Part shown: positions 19,121-29,392 of the stretch, piece after piece
How the letters are laid out: every line of letters begins with the position of its first letter
How positions within the stretch are numbered: position 1 is the stretch's first letter
Assembly: GCA_046045965.1 (NCBI GenBank)
Contig: JBJOKS010000034.1
Span: 1 to 45,425 of the forward strand
Origin: Cyanobacteriota bacterium
Lineage (GTDB): Bacteria > Cyanobacteriota > Cyanobacteriia > Cyanobacteriales > Nostocaceae
Length of the DNA: 45,425 nt
Direction: 5' to 3'
Notes under the pieces: generated by a model
Seen by the model: the letters and a program-made list of their open reading frames with translations, nothing else
What the model was told of the DNA's origin: nothing
Databases searched by the model: none
Made by a program: the position numbers and the translations under genes

Positions 19121-20347
19121 GTGAGTCAAGGTGAAGGTACAATGAATATAGAAAACGTCAACCCCCAGGATTATACATGGAAGTTCTGGCCTATTGTCCC
19201 CCTTTATCCCTACGGAAAACGTCGCACTATTCGCAAAGAAGTAGTTAAGGATACCATCTGGACATTTGATCAGATGCAGGGAGTTTTCTATGTGGTTGTA
19301 CCCATCCGCATGACGGTGGTAAAGTTAGAAAATGGCGGTTTGCTGGTTTATGCACCTGTCGCACCCACAAAAGAATGTATCTGGTTAGTAAATGAGTTGG
19401 TAGCAGAACACGGTGAAGTTAAGTATATAATTTTGCCAACGATATCGGGAATAGAACATAAGGTGTTTGTGGGTCCCTTTGCACGATGCTTTCCCAATGC
19501 ACAGGTATTTGTAGCACCAGCACAATGGAGTTTTCCCGTAAATTTACCTTTGAGTTGGTTAGGTTTACCAAAAAACCGCACGCAGATATTACCCGCAGAT
19601 ACTCAAAAAACCCCTTTTGCAGATGAATTTGATTATGCCATACTTGGACCCATTGATTTAGGACCTGGGAAGTTTGCAGAGGTGGCATTTTTCCACAGGC
19701 GATCGCACACTCTCTTACTTACAGATACCATAGTTTCGGTACCAGCAGACCCACCAGCGATCGTCCAACTAGACCCCTACCCCTTACTGTACCACGCCAA
19801 AGAAAAAGCTTATGATATAGTAGCCGATACAGCAGAAAACCGTCGCAAAGGATGGCAGCGCATAACTTTATTTGCTTTTTACTTTCAGCCCAGTGTGGTG
19901 GATGTACCCAAATGGAAAGATGTATTTACCGATGCCTGGAAAGCCCCAGAACGCAGTCTAAAAACATATTTTGGCTTTTTTCCCTTCCAATGGCGGCAAG
20001 ACTGGGAAAGGTCTTATGAGGCGTTAAGAGGAGATGGACGGATATTTGTCGCCCCGGTTTTACAGAGTTTAATCTTAAATCGCGCACCCCAGGAAACAAT
20101 AAATTGGGCTGATAAAGTTGCACAATGGGATTTTCAATGGATAATTCCCTGTCATTTTGATGCACCAATAAAAGCCGAACCGCAACAATTTAGAAAGGCG
20201 TTTTCTTTTTTGGAAAAATATCCCAGTGGGGGTTTAGTTAATAGCAATAGTTATCCTTTACCGGAGGATGATTTTCAGGTTTTAAGAGATATTGATCAGG
20301 GTTTGAATAGGTTTCGTATTGTGCCACCTGCGCGGGAGAGGGTGTAA
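19121..20347 (+). CDS. DUF4336-family protein (metallo-beta-lactamase-like)
   Basis: PLYPYGKRRT, RMTVVKL, EHK, LLLTD and IIPCHF; a GTG start is inferred downstream of the repeat. Confidence 0.85.
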   Translation: MSQGEGTMNIENVNPQDYTWKFWPIVPLYPYGKRRTIRKEVVKDTIWTFDQMQGVFYVVVPIRMTVVKLENGGLLVYAPVAPTKECIWLVNELVAEHGEVKYIILPTISGIEHKVFVGPFARCFPNAQVFVAPAQWSFPVNLPLSWLGLPKNRTQILPADTQKTPFADEFDYAILGPIDLGPGKFAEVAFFHRRSHTLLLTDTIVSVPADPPAIVQLDPYPLLYHAKEKAYDIVADTAENRRKGWQRITLFAFYFQPSVVDVPKWKDVFTDAWKAPERSLKTYFGFFPFQWRQDWERSYEALRGDGRIFVAPVLQSLILNRAPQETINWADKVAQWDFQWIIPCHFDAPIKAEPQQFRKAFSFLEKYPSGGLVNSNSYPLPEDDFQVLRDIDQGLNRFRIVPPARERV

Positions 20348-20359
20348 AATTATAGGGTA

Positions 20360-21142
20360 TTATTCAGCTTCTAAATTTAATAAGTTCCTAAAAAAATTAG
20401 TTAAGTTCTTAATTGCTGGAATTTTAGCTTCTGTTTCAGCACTAACCCAACCATTATCACTAATACTTGTTTGATTAGTTTTACCAGGCTTCAGAACACT
20501 TACGACTGTGGCAATTATAGCCTTTTCTTCATCAAAAGGTTTCCATTGCAAAGGCTTTTTCTTTCTCTCTTCTTCAGAAAATTTAGCTATATATTCTCTT
20601 GCTCTTTGCATATATTCAGGATAAACTAAATCTCCACAATCACATATCAGAGTATCTAAAACTCCTGGTTGAGAATTATCAGGTAATATGTAAATTCCTA
20701 ATCTTGGTAAACCTTCTATGACATTACCAATTGTGGTAACTGTGGTGGGAAAATTAGGAAAATATTCCTTAAAGCCATTATAATATTTTTCTGCAACTTG
20801 TTCAGGTCTATTTTTGTCAGCATCCGCTATGATACCAAAAGCTAAAAGAGTAAAATAATCAATATCAGATAATTTATCACTCAAATTAGTAATGAAATTA
20901 CTTCCTTCACCTGCATATAAAGCGATTGATAAAGTTTCTGTGTCCAAAATTGTAGGCATATCAAGTCTTTTATATAAATTTCCCCCTTTAGGATAAGTAG
21001 GGATAAATTTTCGCCAAAAACGATCTAGATTTACTTCATCTCCCTTAAATTCAGAAAAGCCTAATAATTTGCACAAAACCTTAGATATGAAAGCCTGATC
21101 ATGATTACCTTCAACACCAATTAAAACATATTCCCGATTCAC
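20360..21142 (-). CDS. DUF3226-like TOPRIM-fold protein
   Basis: VEGNHD, IIADAD and ILPDNSQPGVLDTL; GTGA overlap with the upstream ATPase. Confidence 0.8.
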   Translation of the reverse strand: MNREYVLIGVEGNHDQAFISKVLCKLLGFSEFKGDEVNLDRFWRKFIPTYPKGGNLYKRLDMPTILDTETLSIALYAGEGSNFITNLSDKLSDIDYFTLLAFGIIADADKNRPEQVAEKYYNGFKEYFPNFPTTVTTIGNVIEGLPRLGIYILPDNSQPGVLDTLICDCGDLVYPEYMQRAREYIAKFSEEERKKKPLQWKPFDEEKAIIATVVSVLKPGKTNQTSISDNGWVSAETEAKIPAIKNLTNFFRNLLNLEAE

Positions 21143-22293
21143 CAACGTACCTCCTGACCTAATTCTTCTCGTAAACGTCTTAATCTATGTCCATCATGTC
21201 TAACTACTTTTGTTTTTTCTTCCTTGGGTTCTAAACGATAAAGCACTAAATCTGAATCTGACTCAGTCACTTCTAATAAAGCATCAACAGCTTCCAGACT
21301 ATGGGTAGTTGCAAATAATTGAACATCCATTTCTGTACACCATTTAACTAACCATTGAAAAGAACTTTGTAAGGCTTCTGTGTGAATTGTTGACTCTAAT
21401 TCATCAATTAAAAGAATACCACCTTTGACGCTGGCAAGTTTCAGAGCTATATGTAATAATCGACGTATACCATCTCCAAAAGTGCTAACTGGTGCAAGTC
21501 CTATTTTTTCATGTTGAATATAAATATTAAAGCGAGAACCTATAGAGTCTGGAGACAACAAGATTTCTATATCAGAAATATTGCTATCCATTTGTTTCAG
21601 TAATTTAATTACATCAACCTTAAAATTTTGTAATGTTGCTTCTGATAGGAGTCGAAATTGTCCCATTTCTGAGCGATGAGATGATGGAGTTACTACGGAT
21701 GTATTGAGATTAGGTTCTCTCTTTCTAGATAATCTAGATAATGATTCATCTTCCCATAGTTGAAAACTTTCAACAAAATCACCTGTATTAAACAAATTTA
21801 ACTGATGTTCTCTAAAGAAAACTTCTATTTTTAAATCAATGCCTTTTCTCAGTCCTGGTATATCATCGTTATCTATTTCATCATCATTAGTTTCAGTAAG
21901 ATTATTTTTTTTCTGACTTGAAGATAATAATATTTCTTCTATATGTTCATAACTTGCTTGTAATTTGTTAACTGCATAAGCACCTTGACTAGCAATTAAA
22001 ATAGTAGGTTTATGAATTTCTTGATTTGTAACATTAGAATTATGCTTGAATAACCATTGTAGCGCGTCTATAGGACGAGTACGTGATATTCTACTTTCTT
22101 GTTCTCTTTGAAGTGCTGTACTCAACCATGCTCTAATATCTAATGGATGACAATAAATCTCCAATGCTTCTAAAACACTGGTTTTACCGGAGTTGTTAAT
22201 ACCAACAAGCAAGTTAACAAGTCCGAGATCCTTTAGTTCTAAATCTCGAAGTCCTCTAAATTGATGAATTGTAATACTATCTAAACTTTTCAT
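21139..22293 (-). CDS. ABC/AAA_21-type ATPase
   Basis: FRGL, GINNSGKT, FGDG signature, LLIDE and TTHS. Confidence 0.92.
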   Translation of the reverse strand: MKSLDSITIHQFRGLRDLELKDLGLVNLLVGINNSGKTSVLEALEIYCHPLDIRAWLSTALQREQESRISRTRPIDALQWLFKHNSNVTNQEIHKPTILIASQGAYAVNKLQASYEHIEEILLSSSQKKNNLTETNDDEIDNDDIPGLRKGIDLKIEVFFREHQLNLFNTGDFVESFQLWEDESLSRLSRKREPNLNTSVVTPSSHRSEMGQFRLLSEATLQNFKVDVIKLLKQMDSNISDIEILLSPDSIGSRFNIYIQHEKIGLAPVSTFGDGIRRLLHIALKLASVKGGILLIDELESTIHTEALQSSFQWLVKWCTEMDVQLFATTHSLEAVDALLEVTESDSDLVLYRLEPKEEKTKVVRHDGHRLRRLREELGQEVRW

Positions 22294-22502
22294 AGGCTTA
22301 GTTTACCGTAAGATGTGCATTATATATTGATTTGCCTATGATGATGTTGCCAATTTTAACAGTAATAGCGCCTATCACTATAGACAGACTTTAATCTGTC
22401 TATATCAATACACTATATCGGGTTAAGAGCAATAAAATCTGTGTACGCTTGTAGGATATAGAAATTAATTTATCATACCACTTGTTTAAGATGTTTTAAT
22501 TC

Positions 22503-23825
22503 CTAATTTTTCATCCCCTTAAACCGTTCCTTTGCCCCTTCAAAAGCCTCCTGCATCACATTTTGAATCTTCTGAGGATCGGGCTTTTTACCACCCATTA
22601 AATCCCCAAAATAGACACAAGCAGCTTCACCTAAAGACCATGTATAAGCACCTGCCCAAGATGCTGCAATTACACTACCAAAACCAGGCACAAATTTAAT
22701 TAATTCCCGTGCGACTGCTTGAGCTAAAAAACCACCAGCGATCGCACTCACAACACCCCCAGCTTGAGAAGGTGTCAATGTCTGACCATATAATTTACCC
22801 AATAGTCCCACCATTGAAACTTGCAAAGCTGTTAAAACTGGCATTGTGGCAAAAGGTAAAGGTACAGCAGCTAAAGTCCCTGCCATAATGGAAAAAGGTA
22901 AAATATATCTTCTAGCAGCATCTCGATAAATATTGCCTAATTTCTCACCTGCTTGTTTATCTAATAATTGATAAATTGCTTTTGATTCAGCTTCTGGTAA
23001 AAGTTCAGCTAAATTATCTCGCAGTGCTTCTAAACCATAAAACACCGGATCATAACCATCTTCTTCTAAAGTGAAATCAATCAAAACTGCCCGATCATAT
23101 AAACCAGTAAAATTATTTTTAATTTCATTAAAAGCCCGATTTATTTCTGCAAAATCTGGCGGATAATTGGGATGATTTTCTATTTCCGGTGGATAAATTT
23201 CATGTAAACAAGTCACCGCTAATAAACAGGGAATATTAGGATATTGCTGACGCAATTTTTGAGCAATCTTTCGCAGAGTATCAGTTGCAAAATCATTAAT
23301 TTTAACAGTAAGAATTAAAACCCTCGCCCCTGTAGTTTCTGTTTTTAAATCACTAATTAACTCTTGAATAATAGTTTCCGTATCTTGATTAACATCACCC
23401 AAACCCACCGTATCAGTAAAAACAATTAAAGGTAAATCATCCGCAGGATAAGCATAACGTTGGGTATTTTGAGTATGGGGACGAAAACCCTGTCCAATAA
23501 TCTCCGCAGAAACTCCAGTTAAACCCCGAACAATCGAACTTTTACCCGTTTGGGGTTTTCCGATTAATAAAGCTTCTGTCGTCGGTAACTGAGTACGGAT
23601 AGTTGCTAAAATCTCGGCAACTTGAGCATCATTGACACTAAACCATTGTCCTACAGTTTGTGTGACTTGTTGTTTTACTTGGTCTACTGGTAGGAGTTGG
23701 GTTAATTTAGCGGTAGTTTTGCTAACAACACCAGTGATGCGGTTTTGCCAAGAATCATTTTCTGACTTGGGTTGTGGTGCATCCGGTGGTGTGTTTAATG
23801 AGTCCGTGTTGGTTTGTTCAGTCAT
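22503..23825 (-). CDS. GTPase with C-terminal YcjF/DUF697-like membrane domain
   Basis: GKPQTGKSS and DTVGLG; C-terminal AVPLPFA..KFVPGFG hydrophobic region. Confidence 0.85.
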   Translation of the reverse strand: MTEQTNTDSLNTPPDAPQPKSENDSWQNRITGVVSKTTAKLTQLLPVDQVKQQVTQTVGQWFSVNDAQVAEILATIRTQLPTTEALLIGKPQTGKSSIVRGLTGVSAEIIGQGFRPHTQNTQRYAYPADDLPLIVFTDTVGLGDVNQDTETIIQELISDLKTETTGARVLILTVKINDFATDTLRKIAQKLRQQYPNIPCLLAVTCLHEIYPPEIENHPNYPPDFAEINRAFNEIKNNFTGLYDRAVLIDFTLEEDGYDPVFYGLEALRDNLAELLPEAESKAIYQLLDKQAGEKLGNIYRDAARRYILPFSIMAGTLAAVPLPFATMPVLTALQVSMVGLLGKLYGQTLTPSQAGGVVSAIAGGFLAQAVARELIKFVPGFGSVIAASWAGAYTWSLGEAACVYFGDLMGGKKPDPQKIQNVMQEAFEGAKERFKGMKN

Positions 23826-23942
23826 GGGTGTAATTTCAACTGGCCACCATTTCTAGTATAACTTGCCGTGTGAACCATGTAATCAGGAATCAGAAATCAG
23901 AAACCTTCATAAATTAGGAAATTCAGAAAATGTCTAATCTAT

Positions 23943-24034
23943 AGAACTGACGCAAAATATCTCTCAAACCCTCTTTCCTTTGCGTCCTTTGCGTTCTTTA
24001 CAGTTAGTTTTTCTGGAAATTGTGCGTCAGTCCT
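23943..24034. mobile_element. 92-bp MITE (AGAACTGACGCA...TGCGTCAGTCCT)
   Basis: 12-bp TIR with one mismatch; the interior has 9-nt-periodic CTTTGCGTC repeats. Confidence 0.7.
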
Positions 24035-24138
24035 CATGTAGATAAATTACCATCAAAAGATTGCAAGTTGAGGAATATTAAAAACTCAATTTTTTACCTT
24101 GCTATTAATCTAGTAAAAACAGCTAATCTGTGATATCA

Positions 24139-24277
24139 GTCTGAATCAGAATACTCAAAATTAGAAGATTTTCAGGATGAACTGATTTTGAACATCTAAA
24201 ACAAAAAGATCATTAACATCACATCATGATGAAAAAAATCCTGTAAATCCTTAAATCCTGGATATCCTGATTCTGAC
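24139..24277. repeat. Inverted pair of 40-bp GTCTGAATCAGGAT-type repeats around a 59-bp spacer
   Basis: Left arm 24139-24178 (degenerate), right arm 24238-24277. Confidence 0.8.
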
Positions 24278-24325
24278 AGATAAAATGCTGATACTACAGT
24301 TTAGAGAATCAGCAATATCTAATCA

Positions 24326-25057
24326 TCAATCCTCTTGAGGACAATCATCCCACAAAGTAGTAATCTCTCGCAAACTCTGATGAGTACCATTACCCAAAAT
24401 CAAATGATCTAACAAGGGAATACTTAAAAGTTCTGCCCCTGATAATAATTGCCGTGTTAATTCTATATCTGCTTCACTAGGTTCTAGATTACCAGAAGGA
24501 TGATTATGGGCAACTATCATCCGCGTTGCACCGTGTCGAATAACTTCCCGAAAAATATCACGGGGAGAAGCTAAGGTTTCGGTAGCAGTACCAATAGTAA
24601 TTATTTTCGTCCCCAAAAACCGATTTTTTACATCTAACAATAAAACCGCAAAACGTTCTTGACTTTGCCACATTAAGTCTTGACTTAGGGTAGCTGCTGC
24701 TGCTAGAGGACTATCAATAACAGCACCCTCCGCAGGACGGGATAAAAAAACCCGTTTACCTAATTCTATCGCTGCCAGAATTGAAGTAGCTTTTGCAGAA
24801 CCCACACCATGAATTTCCATTAACTCTGCGGGGGTGACATCCCGTAAAGCAGCTAAGGGATCTCGTTGATTTTTACCTAGTTCTTGTAATATATGTTGCC
24901 CCAAACCGACGGCGGAAAGTTTACCTGGTCCTTGTCCAGTTCCTAGCAGAATAGCAATTAATTCCGCAGTGGCTAATATTTTCGCGCCATGAGTCATCAA
25001 TCTTTCACGGGGACGCTCATTTTCAGGTAAGTCAGCTATTCTGAGGCAATAGGTCAT
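24326..25057 (-). CDS. radC: RadC family JAB-domain protein
   Basis: ERPRERL, ELIAILL and HNHPSG..PSEAD...LLDHLI. Confidence 0.96.
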   Translation of the reverse strand: MTYCLRIADLPENERPRERLMTHGAKILATAELIAILLGTGQGPGKLSAVGLGQHILQELGKNQRDPLAALRDVTPAELMEIHGVGSAKATSILAAIELGKRVFLSRPAEGAVIDSPLAAAATLSQDLMWQSQERFAVLLLDVKNRFLGTKIITIGTATETLASPRDIFREVIRHGATRMIVAHNHPSGNLEPSEADIELTRQLLSGAELLSIPLLDHLILGNGTHQSLREITTLWDDCPQED

Positions 25058-25258
25058 ATAAAGACAAAGGGATTATGCACCAAGATGGAACTATATTTTA
25101 GTTATCCCTTTTTTAAGCTCAAAATTATATCTGGGGGGAAAAATATTTGTTAAGGAGTCAGGAGTTCAGGAGTCAGGAGTCAGGAGGCAGAAGGCAGGAG
25201 GCAGGAGGTAGGGGAAGAAAAGTTTTTTACCCATGCCCAATGCCCAATGCCCCATGCC

Positions 25259-27313
25259 CTATCCACTAACAGCTTCTTGATAGATGATCTCTTGAAACTG
25301 GATGATGTCTTTTTGGGGATCTGCAAGACTTACTTGAACTAATACTTGTTCACCCAAACTCACAGAACGTCTGAACATCATTGGTAACTGTAAACCTAAG
25401 TCTTCTAATAGTATTAATGCCAAGTTGCTATCTTCCCGCAACCACATCAAAACTGTGACTTGCCATATTTCTTCAGGATTACGACGTAAATATTCTAAAG
25501 CATAATATCTGTTAGTTTGCCGTTCTACCATCGTTAGTTCTTGGGTGGTAGTGGTGACAGTCATCATCACTTCTTTGAGTTGTTCGGCAGAAAATGGCAA
25601 GTCTTCACCGCGCAGATGGGCTTTAAGTTGGAAATGAGTCAGTAAGTCGCTGTAACGGCGAATGGGGGATGTTGCTTGAGTGTAAGTATCTAAACCTAAA
25701 CCCGCATGACGTACAGGTGTAATACTCATTTCACTTTTGGGCATACACCGACGCAGAGCGCAAAAACGCACGAAACCGGCCGGAAGTTGTAATAGTTCTT
25801 CTTCTGGTGGTAGTTCCGGTTGGGGTTGTCCTCTAAATGGCAGGGGGATGTTGTGGGTTTGACCGTAACGTGCTGCTACTTCCCCTGCCAAAATCATCAT
25901 TTCTGCGACTAACTGCCGGGATGAGGAATCATCTAATATATCAATGCTGATGTCATCATCTTTGACTTTGATCATCGCTTCGGGCATATTGATACTAATC
26001 GCGCCTTGGTTATAGCGCCAAGTTTTCCGGCGTTTTGCCAAATTAGCGATCGCCGCAATTTCTGGTTCTGCTTCTACTCCTAATTCCAACATCTCATCTA
26101 CATCTTCGTAGGTGAGGCGATAAGTAGGCTTAATTAAGCTGGGATGAATGCTGAAATCTTCTACAGCGCCGTTTTCATCTAAAACAATGCCAAAACTGAG
26201 GGCGCAACAAACTTTCCCTTGTACCAAACTCATTGGACCTGTTGCCAATACTTCTGGGAACATAGGGATCATCCCTGTAGGTAAGTAAACTGTACTACCC
26301 CGTTTTCTGGCTTCTAAATCTAATTCATCTTCTGGTATTAACCATCGGGTAGGGTCAGCAATATGCACCCACAGCCTTTCTCGTCCATCTGGTAGTGTTT
26401 CCCAACTCAAACCGTCATCTATCTCCGTGGTACTTTCATCATCAACTGTGTATACCTTGAGATGAGTTAGATCAAGACGATTTGCATCTAAGTCTGTTGG
26501 TGGAGAATCCAAAAGTTGTTGCGCCACTTCTAATACCTTATTGGGGAACTGTACGGGAATTGAAGAACGACGCAGGAACAGGTTTTCATGGGGACTCCAC
26601 CAACCCAAGTCGATCAACAGTTGAAAGGCTGCTTGGGGAGTTGCAGAACGTCCCAGCATATTCATAGTTTCTAATACTGGGGCTGGCGGTGGATAGGCGC
26701 GAGCTAAAGAGTCTGAGTTTAACCCCATCCGCAAGATGTCCGCCAGTAGAGTTGCATATTTTTCTAGTGCTTCCAAACGCTGGCGGTCTTGCCGTTGCCA
26801 TTCTACGGTTTCGCCCTTGAGTGCCTGTTCTACACGCGTTAAAAATTCCTGCTGTCCCTTAGCTTTTTGCGCTTCTACTTCTATTTGATGTTTCCGTTCT
26901 GCTACTTGTGCTGAACTGCGGGGTTCATAAGCGTCCCCTTTTTGCTTAAAATACAGTTTGTCTTCTGATAACAAACAATGGGCAGCGTAACAGTGCGCTG
27001 CTTCTGATTCGGAAAACAGTAGATTTGCCATTTGGTTAGGGGTAACACTTTCCCCATCTTCTACCAATATTTCCCAAGCCACTTCTAAACTAGATGGATC
27101 TAGATACGGTTGGACTTGTTCTAAAAAGCTCTTGATTTCAACAGGCTTGTAATTTGATCCGTTAACTGTATAGGTTATTTGTCGAGGCGCGAGGCTGTGG
27201 GATTGACCTCGTTCATCTACTATAAACCAACGGGTCTTTCCATCTGGACGATCTACCACTCCCAGACGGCGATCGCCTTGAACCCTAAATTCAACTAGCG
27301 TCCCCTTCTCCAC
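25259..27313 (-). CDS. rnb: Ribonuclease II/R (RNB domain)
   Basis: DDESTTEIDDGLS, VHIAD and ATSPIRRYSDL. Confidence 0.93.
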   Translation of the reverse strand: MEKGTLVEFRVQGDRRLGVVDRPDGKTRWFIVDERGQSHSLAPRQITYTVNGSNYKPVEIKSFLEQVQPYLDPSSLEVAWEILVEDGESVTPNQMANLLFSESEAAHCYAAHCLLSEDKLYFKQKGDAYEPRSSAQVAERKHQIEVEAQKAKGQQEFLTRVEQALKGETVEWQRQDRQRLEALEKYATLLADILRMGLNSDSLARAYPPPAPVLETMNMLGRSATPQAAFQLLIDLGWWSPHENLFLRRSSIPVQFPNKVLEVAQQLLDSPPTDLDANRLDLTHLKVYTVDDESTTEIDDGLSWETLPDGRERLWVHIADPTRWLIPEDELDLEARKRGSTVYLPTGMIPMFPEVLATGPMSLVQGKVCCALSFGIVLDENGAVEDFSIHPSLIKPTYRLTYEDVDEMLELGVEAEPEIAAIANLAKRRKTWRYNQGAISINMPEAMIKVKDDDISIDILDDSSSRQLVAEMMILAGEVAARYGQTHNIPLPFRGQPQPELPPEEELLQLPAGFVRFCALRRCMPKSEMSITPVRHAGLGLDTYTQATSPIRRYSDLLTHFQLKAHLRGEDLPFSAEQLKEVMMTVTTTTQELTMVERQTNRYYALEYLRRNPEEIWQVTVLMWLREDSNLALILLEDLGLQLPMMFRRSVSLGEQVLVQVSLADPQKDIIQFQEIIYQEAVSG

Positions 27314-27589
27314 AACTCTCGCACTTTATAGTAATTTTAGATTTTTAGGTAAGAATTCAGGAGTCAGGAGTCAGGAGTCAGAATGTTTTGATAAATTACA
27401 ATCTTATCAAATCGTAATTTTTGACATAACCATTAATAAGCTGACCTCTGACCACTGATAGCTCCAAATCTGTTGATTTGAAATCTGGAATGAATTATAC
27501 ACCCATTTGCCAAGAATCGAAATTTTAGATTTTGGACTGAAAGCAAACGTTTAATTTCTATATACCAACGTTACTTTTTTTTGGATCTT

Positions 27590-27693
<104 letters not shown>

Positions 27694-27724
27694 CAAATCC
27701 TTTCATCCAAAATCCAAAATTTTC

Positions 27725-27940
27725 TTAGCCTTCTGCGTTGATGAATGGCAATAAAGCCACAATCCGAGCGCGTTTAATCGCTAATGTTAAGTGTCGCTGT
27801 TGCTGCGAGGTCAACCCAGTAATCCGTCTGGGGAGAATTTTACCACGCTCGGTGATAAACTTACGTAGTAAATCAACATCTTTATAATCAATTGGTTCTC
27901 CTGGCTTAATTGGCGACAGGCGACGACGATAATAACTCAT
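27725..27940 (-). CDS. rpsR: 30S ribosomal protein S18
   Basis: [23 protein letters not shown]. Confidence 0.99.
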   Translation of the reverse strand: MSYYRRRLSPIKPGEPIDYKDVDLLRKFITERGKILPRRITGLTSQQQRHLTLAIKRARIVALLPFINAEG

Positions 27941-27943
27941 CTT

Positions 27944-28138
27944 TTACTTGATTTCCTTGTGAACAGTGTGTTTGTTGCAGTGGGTACAGAACTTTTTCAG
28001 TTCTAAGCGGGCAGTGGTGTTCCGACGGTTCTTGGTGCTGGTATAGCGAGAAACGCCTGGAGAACGCTTATCTGGGTTGGTTCGACACTCGGTGCATTCT
28101 AGTGTCACTATTATGCGGGCACCTTTACTCTTAGCCAT
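27944..28138 (-). CDS. rpmG: 50S ribosomal protein L33
   Basis: LECTEC...[23 protein letters not shown]. Confidence 0.99.
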   Translation of the reverse strand: MAKSKGARIIVTLECTECRTNPDKRSPGVSRYTSTKNRRNTTARLELKKFCTHCNKHTVHKEIK

Positions 28139-28181
28139 AATCTTACAAACAGTAAAGCCTGGAGAGATTTAACACAAATGA

Positions 28182-28739
28182 CTATCTTCTCACATTTCGC
28201 TGCAATTTTTCAACTAATCGTTTAATTTTTAAATCCAACGAATAGCCGCGCCGTGACGAAACGATTATAGTTCTAGCATAGCGGTCATGCCAAGCCTGTC
28301 GCATCTGAGTATCCGACAAGGCAGCACCACAGTCAATTGCTAGGGGAAGTATTAGCAGTATAGCAGTGGGATTAGCTATTATATTGCTTAAACCAATAGA
28401 CAGTAGCAAGGCTTCAAGACCAAGAATGCCCTCTCGCTGCAATAATGCCTGTAATTCGGGAATTCTGCTGACTATTTGCCCATTTTCAACTTCTAAAACT
28501 TTTAAATCAACTGCCCAACGTCCTAAACTTTGCCCTTGATTATTGTAGACGACTAGCACCCGCACAACTAGCCAAGTGAGGATAAAAACGAAGATTTGGG
28601 CAAATTGAATACCTATATTACTGGTTCCCAAAAGAGAACTAACTAACCATGCTCCGATAAAATCTATCCCCAGTGCCATACCACGGCGGTTAATTTCCCC
28701 CTTGGGGTAGTGTGTTTGGGGTGTTTTAACTATAGTCAT
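28182..28739 (-). CDS. RDD-family membrane protein
   Basis: RRGMALGID, GQSLGRW and QAWHDR. Confidence 0.85.
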   Translation of the reverse strand: MTIVKTPQTHYPKGEINRRGMALGIDFIGAWLVSSLLGTSNIGIQFAQIFVFILTWLVVRVLVVYNNQGQSLGRWAVDLKVLEVENGQIVSRIPELQALLQREGILGLEALLLSIGLSNIIANPTAILLILPLAIDCGAALSDTQMRQAWHDRYARTIIVSSRRGYSLDLKIKRLVEKLQRNVRR

Positions 28740-28912
28740 ACACAATAGGAAATAATTATTGCCCTTATCTTTAATATTAAGGTGATAATTTCAGTAATTG
28801 TTGCATCAGTCAGTTTCTTGCTTGCCACAAGCAAAGATCGGCGATTGGTTAAAATCATCAATACTGTACAGGGACTTCTACCATTTAACTGTATTTTTGA
28901 GGATTATCCACA

Positions 28913-29164
28913 ATGACAACTATAGGGACAGCTGCTACTCAAATTCCAGTCAGCAAAATTATTCCCATGCTGATGGCGATTAATGAGCGTGATTATCTCC
29001 AGTTTAAAAAATTAGAAAAAACTTTTGTTACCCAACATAGCGTTGAAGTGTGGCAAGATGTTTTTAATTTTCGCATTTTACCTACACTTGATCAGCAATC
29101 TAAAAAATGGCTCTTACAAGCATGGTGCAGTGAAGGTATGGTGAGTCTTCAGGATGTAGTTTAA
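28913..29164 (+). CDS. Hypothetical protein
   Basis: 83-aa ORF with GAGGA upstream. Confidence 0.65.
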   Translation: MTTIGTAATQIPVSKIIPMLMAINERDYLQFKKLEKTFVTQHSVEVWQDVFNFRILPTLDQQSKKWLLQAWCSEGMVSLQDVV

Positions 29165-29275
29165 TATCATCTTTGTTTGCATATTTATCATATCTGTTTG
29201 GCTGGTAATTGGCAAAAATCATTTAGCAGCCAGCTATAAGTAATTAGCCGCAGATGATATGATGTAGCAATCCTA

Positions 29276-29310
29276 TAGATCCCCAGCTTCTTTGAGAAGT
29301 CGGGGATCTA
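29276..29310. repeat. Palindromic dispersed repeat TAGATCCCCAGCTTCTTTGAGAAGTCGGGGATCTA
   Basis: Hairpin; a degenerate relative lies at about 18990-19020. Confidence 0.7.
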
Positions 29311-29392
29311 TCTCGTGTAATATGATAAATTTTAATGTCTGACAATCAGAAACATTGATTTATTGAAAAATCCCAAATCGGAGTCATTCACT

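Noticed and set aside
15221..22400. Integrative element or prophage at tRNA-Thr
   Set aside because: No integrase, no duplicated tRNA 3' end seen, and conserved genes are interspersed.
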